A stretch of 63,864 nt of DNA, the filler included, from Octopus bimaculoides (taxonomy: Eukaryota), in NCBI RefSeq assembly GCF_001194135.2. It is 5 parts of 5 records of this genome, joined end to end, with 100 filler letters (N's around TTAATTAATTAA, not from the genome) between each part and the next. Parts side by side here need not be neighbours in the genome. Positions count along the whole stretch, not along the records: positions 30,548 to 55,495 come from NC_068986.1; 4 more parts are not named here. One strand, given 5' to 3'. The translations under genes were made by a program, and so were the position numbers. Below are positions 36,530-51,330 of the stretch, piece after piece; positions within the stretch are counted from its first letter, which is position 1, and each line of letters opens with the position of its first letter. Below the pieces are notes generated by a model. The model was not told where the DNA came from. It made no database searches and saw only the letters and a list, made by a program, of their open reading frames with translations.

Positions 36530-37385
36530 ACAACCTTTCGGAGTCGGTAAACGAAGTACTAGTCCTGTGCAGGTATAGGTATCTTGTCTCTCTGCCTTTT
36601 GCCTCTTTTTCTATCTTTCTGTCTTCAAGAAGACATTGGCTGAGCTTGAACCTTGAGAAGGATGATCCCTGCTCACGCTGTATCTTACAGCGGCGTCCCA
36701 ACGATTCCATCAAGAACTTTGGGATCCAAGGCAAGGTTTTATATCCAGTACGGCAGGAACAATGAAAGGAGACTTTCATATTCTATTCGTTCTTCCATTC
36801 TCTCTTTTCTATCCTTCTCTATCATTTATGTGTATCTAGTCAACACACACATATACATTTACCTTTTCCAAACAGCGAAACATATTCAGATCAGTACGTA
36901 ATAACTCGGTGACTGGCGCTGCAACTAACGTCTCTGCATGTTAACTAACAGTACATAAGCAAACAAATTTGAAGCGTACACGCAGTTCGTGTGCTTGATT
37001 CAGCATTGATTCCATTACATCTCGACCTCACTTTCTTATATTAGATAATTCTAAAAGTGGTAACCTTCATCCACTTCACTCTGGTAATTCTAAAAGAATC
37101 TATTTCTAGCTTACTTTAACGAACTTCAAGTTGGACAATTAAATTAAATTTATTGCTGTTTCACCTAACATGTTTCGATTAAAACATGTAAAAATATTCG
37201 TCGGCCAATCCTAAGTTAACAGATAACCACACACACATGAATGTATACATATATATATATATATATATATATTCGGTATAAAGATTCATGCTTCGGTGCG
37301 CGTGTATACATACATACATACATACATACGTACGTACGTACGTACGTACATACATACATGCATATGTGCGTGTGTGTGTGTATAC

Positions 37386-37419
<34 letters not shown>

Positions 37420-37547
37420 ATACACGCGCAAATATATGTGTGCGTAGTGAATATGTATATATAATCATACCACTTTGCATTTTATAAAAAATTCGCAATG
37501 TTGACTATAAGTAGACAAGGCATCTCGATTAATTTATATATCAGGCA

Positions 37548-37662
37548 TTCTTCTTCTTCTTCTTCTTCTTCTTCTTCTTCTTCTTCTTCTTCTTCTTCTT
37601 CTTCTTCTTCTTCTTCTTCTTCTTCTTCTTCTTCTTCTTCTTCTTCTTCTTCTTCTTCTTCT
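37548..37662. repeat. Pure (CTT)n/(GAA)n trinucleotide tract, ~38 units
   Basis: Read directly from the sequence. Confidence 0.95.
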
Positions 37663-38613
37663 CCCTTACTCCTCCTCTTCTTCACCTTATCTCCTCTTCT
37701 TTTCTTACACATTCAACATGTCTGTTAAAGTATACTGTTAAGCTTTGAGTCTCCATGCCATAAGAAACAAAAAGACAGCATATGTATAAATAACAGATAT
37801 TCAAATACACATGCAAGAACACATAGCGTATAACTGAATTCAGAGACAACGAAAAAAAAAAAAAAAAAAAGCAACACAAATCAAGAAATCCATAGCACCC
37901 ATTATGAAATATTTTCAAACTCAATAAATTAGAAAATAACGTTTATGAATTTGTTTTGCAATATTCCTGATGTGAAACCGTGTGTTGAAACAGATATTGC
38001 TGTATTTCGGAATGGTCATTTTGTGTTTTTGTCAAATAAACACACGCACTATGTATTCGTTCTTCACTCGTTTATTACAGTTTTTATTTAAACTCATGTC
38101 CATTGTCCAGATATCTTTCGCCACACATCTATGATCTCCTCAGCGACACTTTCCGTCCTCGTGTGTGCTCCTGCTCCGTTTAGTCCCTTATTAGTAAAAA
38201 AAAAAACGTAATACTAGATGTCAAGTGGAGATCGAACATACATGCATTCCTCCAGGGAACAACGTGTTGCTTACATACTTGAGGCAGGGTACTAGGATAT
38301 ATAATAAGCTACCTTAGCACTAATCTTGAGAGATTAGGGTTCTCAAAACATAAAAAGTTTAGCAGATATGTAGATATGCGCATGTCTACGTGTGGAATAA
38401 GTATATGTACACAAAACATACAAATCTGTGGATATACTGACTACAAATACATGCACAGACATACACAATTAGGCATAACTACTCTGTTGATGTTGAAATA
38501 CCAATGTAGGAACCTTGGGTTCAGGTTAGAAACCAGCTCTTTCTCCATTGACAAAAATAATAGAAATAAAGCTGAATGATAACATACATACCTACATGCA
38601 AATACATGCACGT

Positions 38614-38657
<44 letters not shown>

Positions 38658-39168
38658 ATGAAAGATTTCATAACATTTTTTTTGAAAAGTAGTTTTTAAA
38701 AAAAAATCACCTTTACGCTTCAAAACTTTATTAAGTAATTCTCAGACTTTCATATATATATGTATATATTATTTTGTTTAAAAGAGTTCCAACACTGTTT
38801 GTTTTTTATGTTTTATTTATATTCCTGCAGAACCAATGTGGGGTATAGAATATGGAATATACAATATATAATATAATATACAATATATAATATAANNNNN
38901 NNNNNNNNNNNNNNNNNNNNNNNNNNNNNNNNNNNNNNNNNNNNNNNNNNNNNNNNNNNNNNNNNNNNNNNNNNNNNNNNNNNNNNNNNNNNNNNNNNNN
39001 NNNNNNNNNNNNNNNNNNNNNNNNNNNNNNNNNNNNNNNNNNNNNNNNNNNNNNNNNNNNNNNNNNNNNNNNNNNNNNNNNNNNNNNNNNNNNNNNNNNN
39101 NNNNNNNNNNNNNNNNNNNNNNNNNNNNNNNNNNNNNNNNNNNNNNNNNNNNNNNNNNNNNNNNNNNN

Positions 39169-39231
<63 letters not shown>

Positions 39232-40554
39232 ATGTGTGTGTGTGAGTGTGTGTGTGTTTGTGTGTTTGTGCGTGCGCGCGCATGTTTGTGCGTGTGTGTG
39301 TATCTGTGTCTGACCCTCACCACCGCCTGACAACCGGTGTTGTGTTTAGGTCCCAGTTACTTAGCGGTTTGGCAAAAGGGAACGATAAAATGAGTACTAG
39401 TCTTTCAAAGATAAGTACTGGAGTCGGTTCTTTAATGTGGTGCCCCAGCATGCTGTCAGTTATTATATTATTCTCGAAGCCTTTTGCGACAGCAGTTTGC
39501 ACAATCTACAAGCTATTACAACAGTTTAGTTTAGAAACGAGACAAAAAAATTTCCGAAGGTAAGAATAATGGATTTAAGAAATTTACTGTTCCAAACCAA
39601 ACATATATACTTCTAAAGAAATATAAATATAAAGAAATATAAATATTCTTTAATGAAAAAAAACAAAAAAAAACAACCCAAAATCAGACTGGAACATAGT
39701 CGATTACGCTGACCCAGTATTCAGCTAGTATTTTAATTTATTGATCCTGAATGGATAGTAGGTAAAGTCAGGTAAACTCAGAATTAACGATCCAGAGGAA
39801 ATGTCAGTCAATATTTTGTTCAACGCGTGAATGCTTCTGCCGACTTTGATGAAAGTAATCTAAAAATTGATTTTAAATTTTGGCACAAGGTCGGAAATTT
39901 TAGAGGGGGTGGGTAAGTCGGTTACATCGACCCATTGCTCCATTGATATTTACTTTATCGACCCCAATAGAATGAAAGACAAAGTCGACCTCGGTGGATT
40001 CAGTACGTAAAGACAGACAAAGTGCCGTTAAGCATGTTGCTTGCCGTAATAACGATTCTGCCAGCTCGTCACCTTAGAAAGTAATATATAACTATTAATA
40101 ACGAATAAAATAAAGTTGAATAAAACGAAGTGATATGCATTGATGAAGGGAAATTGTTATAGTACATGTTGCCAAATAAAATATCTAGGCAAAAAAATAT
40201 TTAAATTTTTGAGAAACGTTAATGAGTTCGATGGCGAATAGAAGCGGCCGTCACCTCTCTGCATTGAGGGGGTCACTCTGGTACTACAGGCGCATGGTTA
40301 GAATATAAAGATCCTTCCTGAGGCATGTAGACTAATAGTGCTGGTTTCCTTTTTCCGTGGCGTATATATTCCTTACCTGAACGGGAAGCCAGTAATCCGT
40401 CGTAGGACTACTCACCTTTTGCCAGCTAAGTGGACTGGAGCAACGTGAAATGAAGCACAACACGTCACCCATTCCAGGAATCGAAACCACAGTCTCACGT
40501 TCATGAGCCCAACACCTTAACCACTAAACTACGCGCCTCCACATAAGATTAGAA

Positions 40555-40795
40555 TATAGCAGGAAATTATCGCAAGACGGATTCTTCAAACTGAGTCAAC
40601 GTGCAGTAGACTTAAGGGCAGAGCAAGAACGAGATAGTCGGATGATATCCATAGACTCAGTTGGTCACGCTTGAGAATTCAGCTGGAATTTGTAATGGTG
40701 GTTGCTTCTGATAAGACTCCCATGGAAGAGGTACTTGGGGAATCTACCCCCACGATCCTCCCAGCAATAGTGGCCTGGATGGACGAAGTAAGTCA
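40555..40795 (+). mobile_element. Degenerate RTE LINE 3' fragment
   Basis: KGRARTR*SDDI, similar to the RTE C-terminal GRPRTRWxDDI motif. Confidence 0.4.
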
Positions 40796-40895
40796 ACTTA
40801 AAAAGAAAATGTACATTAGTTTAACAAACAGGTATATTACTTGATCGAACAACTGGAATATTCGTCGTCGAAACCGACGGAGATGCATATGCGTG

Positions 40896-40956
<61 letters not shown>

Positions 40957-41233
40957 GCGTATATATGTGTACGCACGTGAGTGTACAAGCTGATGAAAGA
41001 CTTCGTGCCAGTGTGAATGCTATTTGGTCATGCGTTTATGCCTGTAGCTAGAGACATACAATCTCCAACAATGAGATCTTACATCAGTTGGCCTTTTCGT
41101 TACATAAACCAGGCTGAATTATAATTAATCAGTGTATTCCACACTAATGTGTATGATTGTGTGTGTGTGTACGTGTGTGAGTGCGTGAGTGCATACATGT
41201 GCGCACGCATACAAACACACCAACACATACGCA

Positions 41234-41308
<75 letters not shown>

Positions 41309-41903
41309 TTATCTATCTACATGAGGTTTATAAAACTGCGTTTGTTTATGTGCTTGTATAATATTTTAGGTCATTATTAATTTGATGCATACATGTCCGT
41401 TACATCCGCGCTCGCGCGCGCACATTAGTTTGCTCACGAACATGCACACAAACACACTCGTATAGGTAGATGTACGCATGCATAAACTCTCATTCATATG
41501 AGCGGGTTGCGCGCATGCTGGCATCGGCTCTTTGCCTATAGCTATATGCACACGTAAGCACACATATACACACACTTTCGATTATAAATATCTACAGTCT
41601 ATGGAAGTTAGCGGCTGTAATGATGTCGATGATGATGATGAAGACAGTAATAACAACAACAACAACAACAACAACAACAATAATAATAATAGTCCTTTGT
41701 ATTATAGGCACAATGTCTGAAATTTGGGGGAGGGGATATTCGATTACATCGACCCCAGTACTCACCTAGTACTTAATTTATCGACCCTGAAAGGATGAAA
41801 GGTAAATTTGATCTCGGCGGAATTTGAACTCAGGACGTAGCATCAGAAATACCGCTAAGCATTTCGTCCAGTGTGCTAACAATTCTGTCAGCTCACCGCC
41901 TTC

Positions 41904-41971
<68 letters not shown>

Positions 41972-43743
41972 TTAATGTTAATAATAATAATAAATGTACA
42001 TGAGTGCGTGCTTGTTTGCATGAGTCTGTGTGCGTACGTGTATTATGTATACAGGATCTTGGAGGTATTGGTTGAAGTTGAATACATTTTACGAACAAAC
42101 GTCTGCAGTTCCTTAAGGAAAGGGGGATTGTGTGACGTATTTCAGCAGTGCTCTTTCCTGTGAGGTATGATATTTTTGCTGAAACATGAACAATGCAAAC
42201 AGGAATTAGTACAAGTATCAACAATAACAACAACAATAACAACAACAACAACAGCAGCAACATCAACAACTACAACAACGACGACGACGATGACGACGAC
42301 GACGTCGATAATAATACTTCTAATATTAATAAGAGTGATTTCAAATTTCGGTACAAGGCCAGCAAGTTCGGATGTGGGGATAAGTCAATTACATCAACCC
42401 CCAGTACTCAACTGGTACTTATTTTATCGAACCCGAAAGAATGAATGGCAAAGTCAACCTCGGAGGAATTTGAACTCAGAACGTAGAGACGGATGAAAAA
42501 AATTGTATTCAGACATCTCTCCAAGTTGTAAATGGGTGAACCAAAAAAGACCCTGTGAATACTTACTCAATTTGCTTGAAATAGTAGCGAACTATATCCT
42601 TCAGATCACATTCTACTGTCTTAAAGATACATTGAACTCTGTAGTTCCTGCTATGCAAAAAGTCATGATGGTCACGTCTGGTGTACCTTTTGAAACCATA
42701 TCAGTTCGATCAATGCTGCTGACTTGGGACTGATCAACTGAATGACAATAAGATAATGGAGTAAATTATTTCTGACGTAGACACAAAACCTGAAATTTAG
42801 GCGAGGTAGTTAGCCGATTTTATTGATCTCAGAACTAGACTAGTACTACCTTTTATCGATTCCAGAGAGCTGTAAGGTAAATTTGATCTTCGCGAAATTT
42901 GATCGCACTTTGATGAGCTTGAAGAAATACCACCGGAATTTTGTTCGATGCTCCAAGAATTCTGCCAATCCTTACCACAACAATCATTTCTGACAGATAC
43001 ATGGTCAGAAATTTTGGAAATAGGAATAATTGATTCAATCGATTTCAGTACTTGATTGCTACTTTACTTAATCGACCCTGGATAGATAAAGGTGAAAGAC
43101 GATGGCCTCGGGGAGATTTAAGCTTTACGTTCTGAGTGTAAATCCAACCTAGACTAACTTCGTTTTTCACCCTTCAGGACTGAATAAAATAAAGTAGCAG
43201 TCAAGAACAGTGGTCGAATAAATCGCCGAAGTCCCGCTTCTTTGGTACAAAGCCAACAATTTCGGGGGAGGGGGAAGTTGAATGTATTGAACCCCGGTGC
43301 TCAACTGGTACTTATTTTATCAACCCCGAGAAGAATGAAAGACAAAGTCAATCTCGGCAGAATTTGAACTCAGAATGTAAAGACGGACGAAGTGTCGTTA
43401 AGCATTTTCCCCGGCGTGTTAACACTTCTGTCGACTCGCCGCCTTATTTGTGCCTATATTTGAAACAATTAATGGAGCAATATTCACATTTAAATCTTCC
43501 TTCAATGAAACAATAAACTTTAAGAGTAAGAAAATACTTAAAACCAGTAAAATGGGCGCTTTCTAGTTTGTATTCTTTGATTTATACATATTTGTTCTTT
43601 TTGTGAAATAAACATGACTGAACAAATGAGGAGTAGACAATTAATTTGTCAGTGTCTTGCATGCATACATACATACATACATACATACATACAATCATAC
43701 ACATATATAATACACACACATATATACTTCTAGATACATATAA

Positions 43744-43776
<33 letters not shown>

Positions 43777-43832
43777 TATATATACATGTATATATATGTA
43801 TATACATACAAATTCATGTATATATGGATACG

Positions 43833-43873
<41 letters not shown>

Positions 43874-46800
43874 ATATATATGTATGAGTGTGTGTGCGCG
43901 TGCGTATGTGTGTATGTGTGTGAGTATGGTTGTGCGTATGTGTGTATGTATGTGTGTGTGTGTGTATGTGTACTGATGTAATTTGATTACGCTCGTAAAT
44001 ATTTAGACAGTAAACTTAATAAAGTTGGATTCTCGATAATGAAAATATAAAACAGAAATTAAATGCCAAGAAAAGAAGCAAAGAAAGAAAGAAAGAGAGA
44101 AAAATAAGAGGATGAAGTCTGGATAGGATATTTGAAAGTTAGATGTTATGTCAGTGTCTCATATCTGTAAGGAATGAATCTTAAACTTGCACGAACCGTC
44201 TTAAAGACTTCATGTACATGCTTTTGTGTTTAGACAATTAAGTGATAGCTACCAATTATCTTTTGATATATTTATCCACTTACACACATGCACACATATG
44301 TTTGCGTGTGTGTGTATATATGTGGTGTGTGCTTGTATTTATATATATGTGTGTGTGTGTTTATACGTCTATGTGAATAGAGAAAGGGAGAGGAAAAGAG
44401 AGGAGGAGGAGAGAAAAGAGGAAGATGCCCCTTGACCACTCCATTGTGATTATAAATTACGGTTATGATAAAAGTGTTGACGAAGATGAAACACGATTAT
44501 CAATTGCTACATAAAATATCAAAATGATAATATTTTTCTATGGAGCATGATTTTATAACGGAAGTCGTTTGTCAATGCAATTAAAGTTGTTATTCGATGA
44601 AATAAATCGAGTCTGAATCGTCGTCAGTTTGTTGATGAAGCTAGTGATGTATTCATATTTATGAACTTCAATCACGGATAAGTTAAGTTGTTCGCTGGAA
44701 TAGAGAACGAAATGTTTGAAATGATTCAGGTAGTTTAATTAAAAGGTCGCAGTAAATGTCATCAAAAAAGAGTAGCTTCAACTGAAAGTATGTGTAAATC
44801 TTGTGTCTTTTTTTTATCTAGATTATGTAATCTATATCTATAATCACTGGTGTGTCTGCAAAGTCAACATCTTTTCGACGGGCCAAAGAGGAAGCCTCAA
44901 CTCGGTCGCTGGAAATGCTAGAAAATAGAAGCTATTTTTTTGCTATGTCTTCTCATAACCAAACCACTGTACTGTAGAGATAATATAGTCTAGAGTAAAC
45001 TATAGTGAAAAATAAAAACGAAACAGGCATGTGGACTAGGGCTTAGCAACAATAACCATGACAACAGCAAGTGCCACTATCTACACAAACAGGAAGCCTT
45101 TACGAGGACTCTCAACTTACATGAAATAGCAATCAGGTCACATTCAAATCACACTCTAAAATACTATTTTAATTAAGAAGGGTACCATAGATAGTACGAC
45201 CCCTGGCGTTCAAAAATATGTGAAAATCCATTCACAACTGGAATGACTTTTTCCATAGAGTTCAATCAGAGTTAAACAACAACAACAACTCCCTGTGAGG
45301 GTATCGAGTAGGCCTCTTTGTTGCCATTTGACGTGCGACAAATAATACCCAAATCTCCCCCAAATCACACCCACCGTCTTAATCACACAAACAATATATT
45401 AGACGTAGCCCTATATATATATACCACTAAAGAAATTGGATGGTCACGGCTGGATTGCTTATGATCGTTGTGTTTTATTGTGAAGCCAAATATCTCGAAT
45501 TAAATATATCTTTTGTTGCTTAATTTGTTACTGAAATAATTCCAAGGAACAGGAAAATTAGTTCATATCGAACCGCTAGCGCTGCGGTGCATTTATAGAA
45601 ATGCGTTAACTCACGTTGGCTTGTTCTTCCTACTTAGCTGTATGCTGGTGGTGAAGTGGCACAGAGTCAACAGAGCGTAGGACAAAAGGCCTTGCAGCAT
45701 ATAATCCTGTTCGCTGAGTTCTGAGTTTAAATTCCACCGGAAATAAGTTTGCTTTTCAATTCTTTCAAATGCAAGCGGTGGATTAGTAGAAATATTATTG
45801 AGTGGCTTTTTGCAGTTTCCTATGTTGCAAGCATCCGGACCAGTTTTCCGGTTTGAGGATATTTTCCTCCTACTAGTTACTGAGGCTTTGGAAAAATTAA
45901 AACAAATTAAAGGGTCATGGTGTTACTGTCCCGTCCGACTAAACGGTAAAAAGCAAAGGAATATAATTGTCACTTCAGTTATTAAATAATTTGAAAGTTG
46001 GTGTTGTCTCACTTGCACTTCTTGCTTAGAATTTTTCCTTGAAGTTAACTATTTTACCTCTTCACAACTAGTGTAATTTGAATTGATTAAAAAATATTTC
46101 CGCTTACAATGTTAAGTGTGTTAATGTGCACTTTACTTATACATTAGCATAGTTAACTGCTGTAAGTACTTAACAAATGAGGAAAATTATGAGCAATAGG
46201 TTATCTATACGAAAAACCTGCAATTTATCTACTCAATAGAAATTATTCCTTAGCCATACCTTGGATATAATAAATCAGTAATGCAACAATTTTCTCGAAT
46301 GTTCAGCATAAGGACTGCGATTGTGTCGGACAAAATGTTTTTCCTCATTTGTCCCATCTGTTCGATCCGCTTGAAGTTAACTTTATTTCCTAGCCTCTTT
46401 GGTATCCATAAAATACAGTATCAGTCAAGCACTAAGTTCGATTTAATTGACTCTAATACTTTAAAGAAATTATTGACATTTAAAAGCAAAATCTGGGTGA
46501 CGATTAGGTAGAATCGGTGAAGCATCAGAAACACAGCTAATAATATTTATTCCAGGTCTTCATGCTCTGCGCTCAATTCCATCTAAAGTTACATAAACCT
46601 TTCATTCTTCTTTAGTGTAGATGAAGTTTATGGGATTGTGACCGTGTGTTATTAATTTTTAGGATTATCAGTATTCAAAAACGATATCTATGCAGCAGGA
46701 AAGCAGAAACAGTCGTTTACTAGACTAAATCATCTAATATTTGTATGCATATATATATTATTTCATTATATAATATGCACTTATTGCCACTCAACTGCTC

Positions 46801-47877
46801 AGATTTCACACATAGACACATGTGTACATCTGTACACACACGCACTCACATATATATAGTCGTTTACGTAATCGATAAATTTGGTAAGGGCAAATTTGCT
46901 AACCATTATTGTAAGCGAACGTCTCCAGTTTTGAGAAAAAAAACCTAAGTGTATTTTATAAAAGCTTAATTTTATTAACACTATTGCCATAGAAAATAAC
47001 GCAGCAAAAATTATAGCAGGTAAACATACGAAACTTCACAGAAAACCTCCAAAGAAAAATAAAAAAAGGTAGCGTAGCTTCGAGCACTAACTTGAATAAA
47101 ATGGAAAATGTATAAAGATTATATATATAAAAAAAGAGATCTGTATATTAAAACTAATCTTATTTGTTTCACTTAAACTTTTCTGCAATACTTCGTGCGA
47201 AACAAAATAATGAGTTAATATAATTTTTTTGGGAAAAAAAAAAGATATATGCGTATTGGATATCTGATCTAAGTATTATTACTATTTGATTTTATTTAAA
47301 AAATTCAAATCATGTACTAAATGTTGTTTTTATGTTGTAGAATGTTTCATGAAAGAATTTCAGAAGACCCCTGGCAGAGTTACCAATCTATATGTTATGA
47401 TATAGACGTCTAAGTTTGCTTCTATAGTATTGGGTAATTGTGATATTTTGAAATGTTCTACAACAGGAAATTAGATCAAATAAAGAAATATGTAATCGAC
47501 TGATGAGAAGCATTTTGCATGTCATGTGAGCAAATATATTTAATATATTTTGACAAAGCCATAGTAGGTAAAGTTAATAAATTGTAGTAGTGGTGGTGGT
47601 AGTGGTAGTAGTAGTGGTAGTAATAATAATAATAATCATAATCATAATAATAATAACTATAAAATATAAATAAGAAAAATGTGATTACTAACATCTCAGA
47701 TATTGCTAAATAACGTCAAGTAGAAAAAAGAACAGCACGCTTTGGAAATCATAGCGAAACGATATCCAAATGAAAACCGTAGAATCAACGTTTTTATTAC
47801 AAGTTTTTCTAACGGTTTTTATTTATTTATTCATTTTTTTTTGTGAGAACTGCTCGAGAATGCCACAGAAACATTAT

Positions 47878-47932
<55 letters not shown>

Positions 47933-50879
47933 AAAGAGAGCGAGGGGAGAAAGAGAGAGAGAGAGAGTAAAAAAAGCAGAAAGAAAAGTTATAAAGCGAG
48001 AATGGAGCAAATAATTACAACGTTGCGATGTTGAGAATCAGCAGTTCACAAGTCAATCTTGGCAACTTGCCTGCACTACGACAATAGTTGATCTAACTAT
48101 ATCCAGTCAACCATGAATGTTGCCGAAGCTGGAATAGAAAAAAAATGGCCATGTTGAGAAAGGGGAAAAAATGGTTGGTCATGAACGATATTTGTTTTTA
48201 GAATAACAAATATAAAGCAGTAACCTCAGTAATGAGTCTAGAGGGAACCCTTAAGTAGTTAACTGGGCTAGTGCAATGTAACAACAATATCTTCTCTACC
48301 AAAACTTATCCTCTTAAAAATGGAAGCTCACTGATTTTATGAGTAAAATCATTAACCGATATGACCTAAAATAAAGACGAGATGGTTGTAGTAAGAATAC
48401 ATAAGATTAATTCAAATAAACGTACCTACATTTTGTACTACGTATTCGGGATCCAGATTTTGAAGATATCTTAGTAACCTCTGTGCGAAATAGCATTACT
48501 CAACAGCAAAAACATCCCATATAAATCTTTAATAAGAATATTGTAGTCTTTCTCAATCTGGCCGTCATGTATCACTTGGTAAGTACTTTCGTCAAACCAA
48601 CCTTACAGCGTATTTTAAGAGTTGGAGAACTATAAGCCTACTAAATGTTATATAAGACATACCAACGGCTGACAAGTGCAGCAAGTGATTCTCTTTGAAA
48701 ACAAGTAACATTGCCTTAGAAAAGCGTCTTTTGGCGATTGCTTCCAGAGACTACTTCTATGTAGTTGTTTGATCTGCTATAAATAGCAGCTAAAGGCCTT
48801 TGAAAGATGTATCGGATAATATGGTCCCGGACACATTATCACTGAAAGTACGACGGAATAATCGTGAATGCAACGTGTTTGATCATAGGGCTGATCAGTG
48901 GGATCAAACAACAAGTAAAGACTTCATTTTTCATGTATATAAAGGAAGTCACTTGGAGGAGTTGATGTGGAGAGGCGGAGAAGTGCTTTAGTCACCGACA
49001 GAACAGGACATAAACCGTAAACTATCAACTTACTGAGTACCCTATCTGCTCACCAACCCGACTACTCATTTATACACAACGTGTTGTTTGATTCTTTTAT
49101 TCTTATAGTGGTTCACTCATTCACCTGATGACATGCTGATGCTGTCCATAGTCTACCCACTTCTTGTTGCGTATCAGAAACATAGGTTTTCTAATAACTA
49201 AATTTATCTTAGTCCTGAATCATTGTTTTGCATAAAAAATAAAATTTTAATTAATGAAATAAAATGCACAAATATGTAAATTAAGGAAGCAACTATGGAT
49301 AGCTTATTTCTTGACTGTTTTATATTAGAGATAAATATTCTATGCTCTCGTTTCGGGAGGACCATCAAGTGCGTAACCTCAGAGTTGCGGTTAACAGATT
49401 GCGCAATCGTTGGTCAAGAGTTCCTCTTCTTTTTTTCTCGCACATTGAACGCATCAACTGAATGTGCTTAATTTCATTTTAGAGCTGGGCTTTCTAAGTT
49501 ATTTCATCCCTGTCTGTGTTGATTGACTTAAGCCGGCCTTTGTCGAGTCTCTTCCTCTACCACAACATTCCTCTTGTTCTTCTGTCGCACAGAAACAATC
49601 TACACATAAACAAAACGCATTAGCTAACAACAATGCTGTTGTAACTGTAACTGTGGTTGTTATTTGAGCCTTAAGTACGGGACTAATAAAATACTACCCA
49701 CTAGACTCCAGCTAAGAAGGAAAAGAACTCGTTTCTACTTAAATAAGAGTTATATTATAACAATACGCAAATATACAACACCGTCCGTTAGGCAACAAAG
49801 ATTAACGAGAAATGCACACAATGGAAGATAGACTGACTATTCAGGAACGCGACAGGTTGAACGCCACGTTCACGAACTAAAATCTTGACGTGCCAAAATC
49901 TATTGGTCGTCTTATCCCTAACAAATGTATCTCATACTGACAGAATAACCAAGAATGGAAGAAGAGTACATTGACTGGTTAGGCACACTCACACATTTTT
50001 TTATTCACACACACACGCACGCGCGCAAGTTTTCTTTTTATAGTTCCCAGAAAATAAAAGAGCGGTAGAACTTTACATTTTCTACAAACTTTTCAACGTT
50101 GCTTAGACATCTTTTCAACAATTTTTCAACATTCAGTGCATATTCTGAATATATATATGTACCCTACTCTAACACACATACACGTTAGCGTAGGGTTTTG
50201 GTATGATACATATTAGGTTTGTATACGCAAAACTTCAAAGTTAGTCAATCAACCTAAGAACAATACAAAAATGAATTTTCACAGATTTCACAGATACAGT
50301 TACCCTATAAAAGGGAATAAACCATAGTTGTAGTATACCTGAACCATATTCTCAACTTTTCATCGCCCATCATCCGGTCGGGTGCATTTCCGGGTTAATA
50401 AATCATATTGATCCTTCGATAGCAGTATGTTTCACCTGCGCACACCACGACTACAGTAGTTTCGCTAAATGAAGTTGCTGATCCTGGCCGTTGACAGTTT
50501 GTTGACGTTAATCCGCTCAGCATCTAGTGATATATACTATTGACTTAGTAAGTTCACATCCACCTTGCTGCGCCCCGTGATTTCAACGCAACTCTGACTC
50601 AGGTAGTTACTGGTTGCTAGGCCTTAGCAAGGTGCCAGCCGTCATTTAGTCCGAAGCTGTTTATACATATATTCACAGCTGACATCTATTTAAACACCAA
50701 TTAACACATAGCTGGGGCCTTGACGAGTGCTACTACTCCGGGTTCGAGCAGATATGGGAACAATCGTGGCTAAGAAGTAGTTCCACACTTCTCAAAACCC
50801 AGGAACTCTCTAACCAGGGGGCAACTAACGGATACGGTTTAAAGCCAGACCCAAGTTTTAGAATAGGTGAATATGTAGA

Positions 50880-51330
50880 AATTTATTAAGCAAAACAGTA
50901 TTTATTAAATGCAGCTACAAACTAACAGTAAGAATATATTATAAAAGTAGCCGAATTAAAAAAAAACGAAACCGTAAAGTCGAAAGCCGCCAAACTAAAG
51001 CGATCAATAAATACACAAATTTCAATGTAAACGATGCTTGTGAACATACAAGTACGAAACTTTCTCAGCGATTGACCAAGTATTTACAGCAAGGAACCAT
51101 TGCAGCATATCACTCTACAAAATACAAAACAGTACAAGAGAGAAAAAAATCAGTTTATAACACTACAGCAAATAGATTTTACCGGCACGAAATATTAGAT
51201 CAACAATGGAAGCTTTATAACATAATTTCTTACATAAACAATAATACGTTCTACAAGGGAGCTTCATTAACAGCGACATATAAACTAAAATTTAGCACAA
51301 AGATACAGAGCCTAAGTAATAACTATATAA
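50880..51330 (+). mobile_element. Penelope-like element GIY-YIG endonuclease remnant
   Basis: Broken frames give KLTVRIYYKS, EHTSTKLSQRLTKYLQQGTIAAYH and MEAL, resembling PLE GIY-YIG motifs; highly degenerate. Confidence 0.4.
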
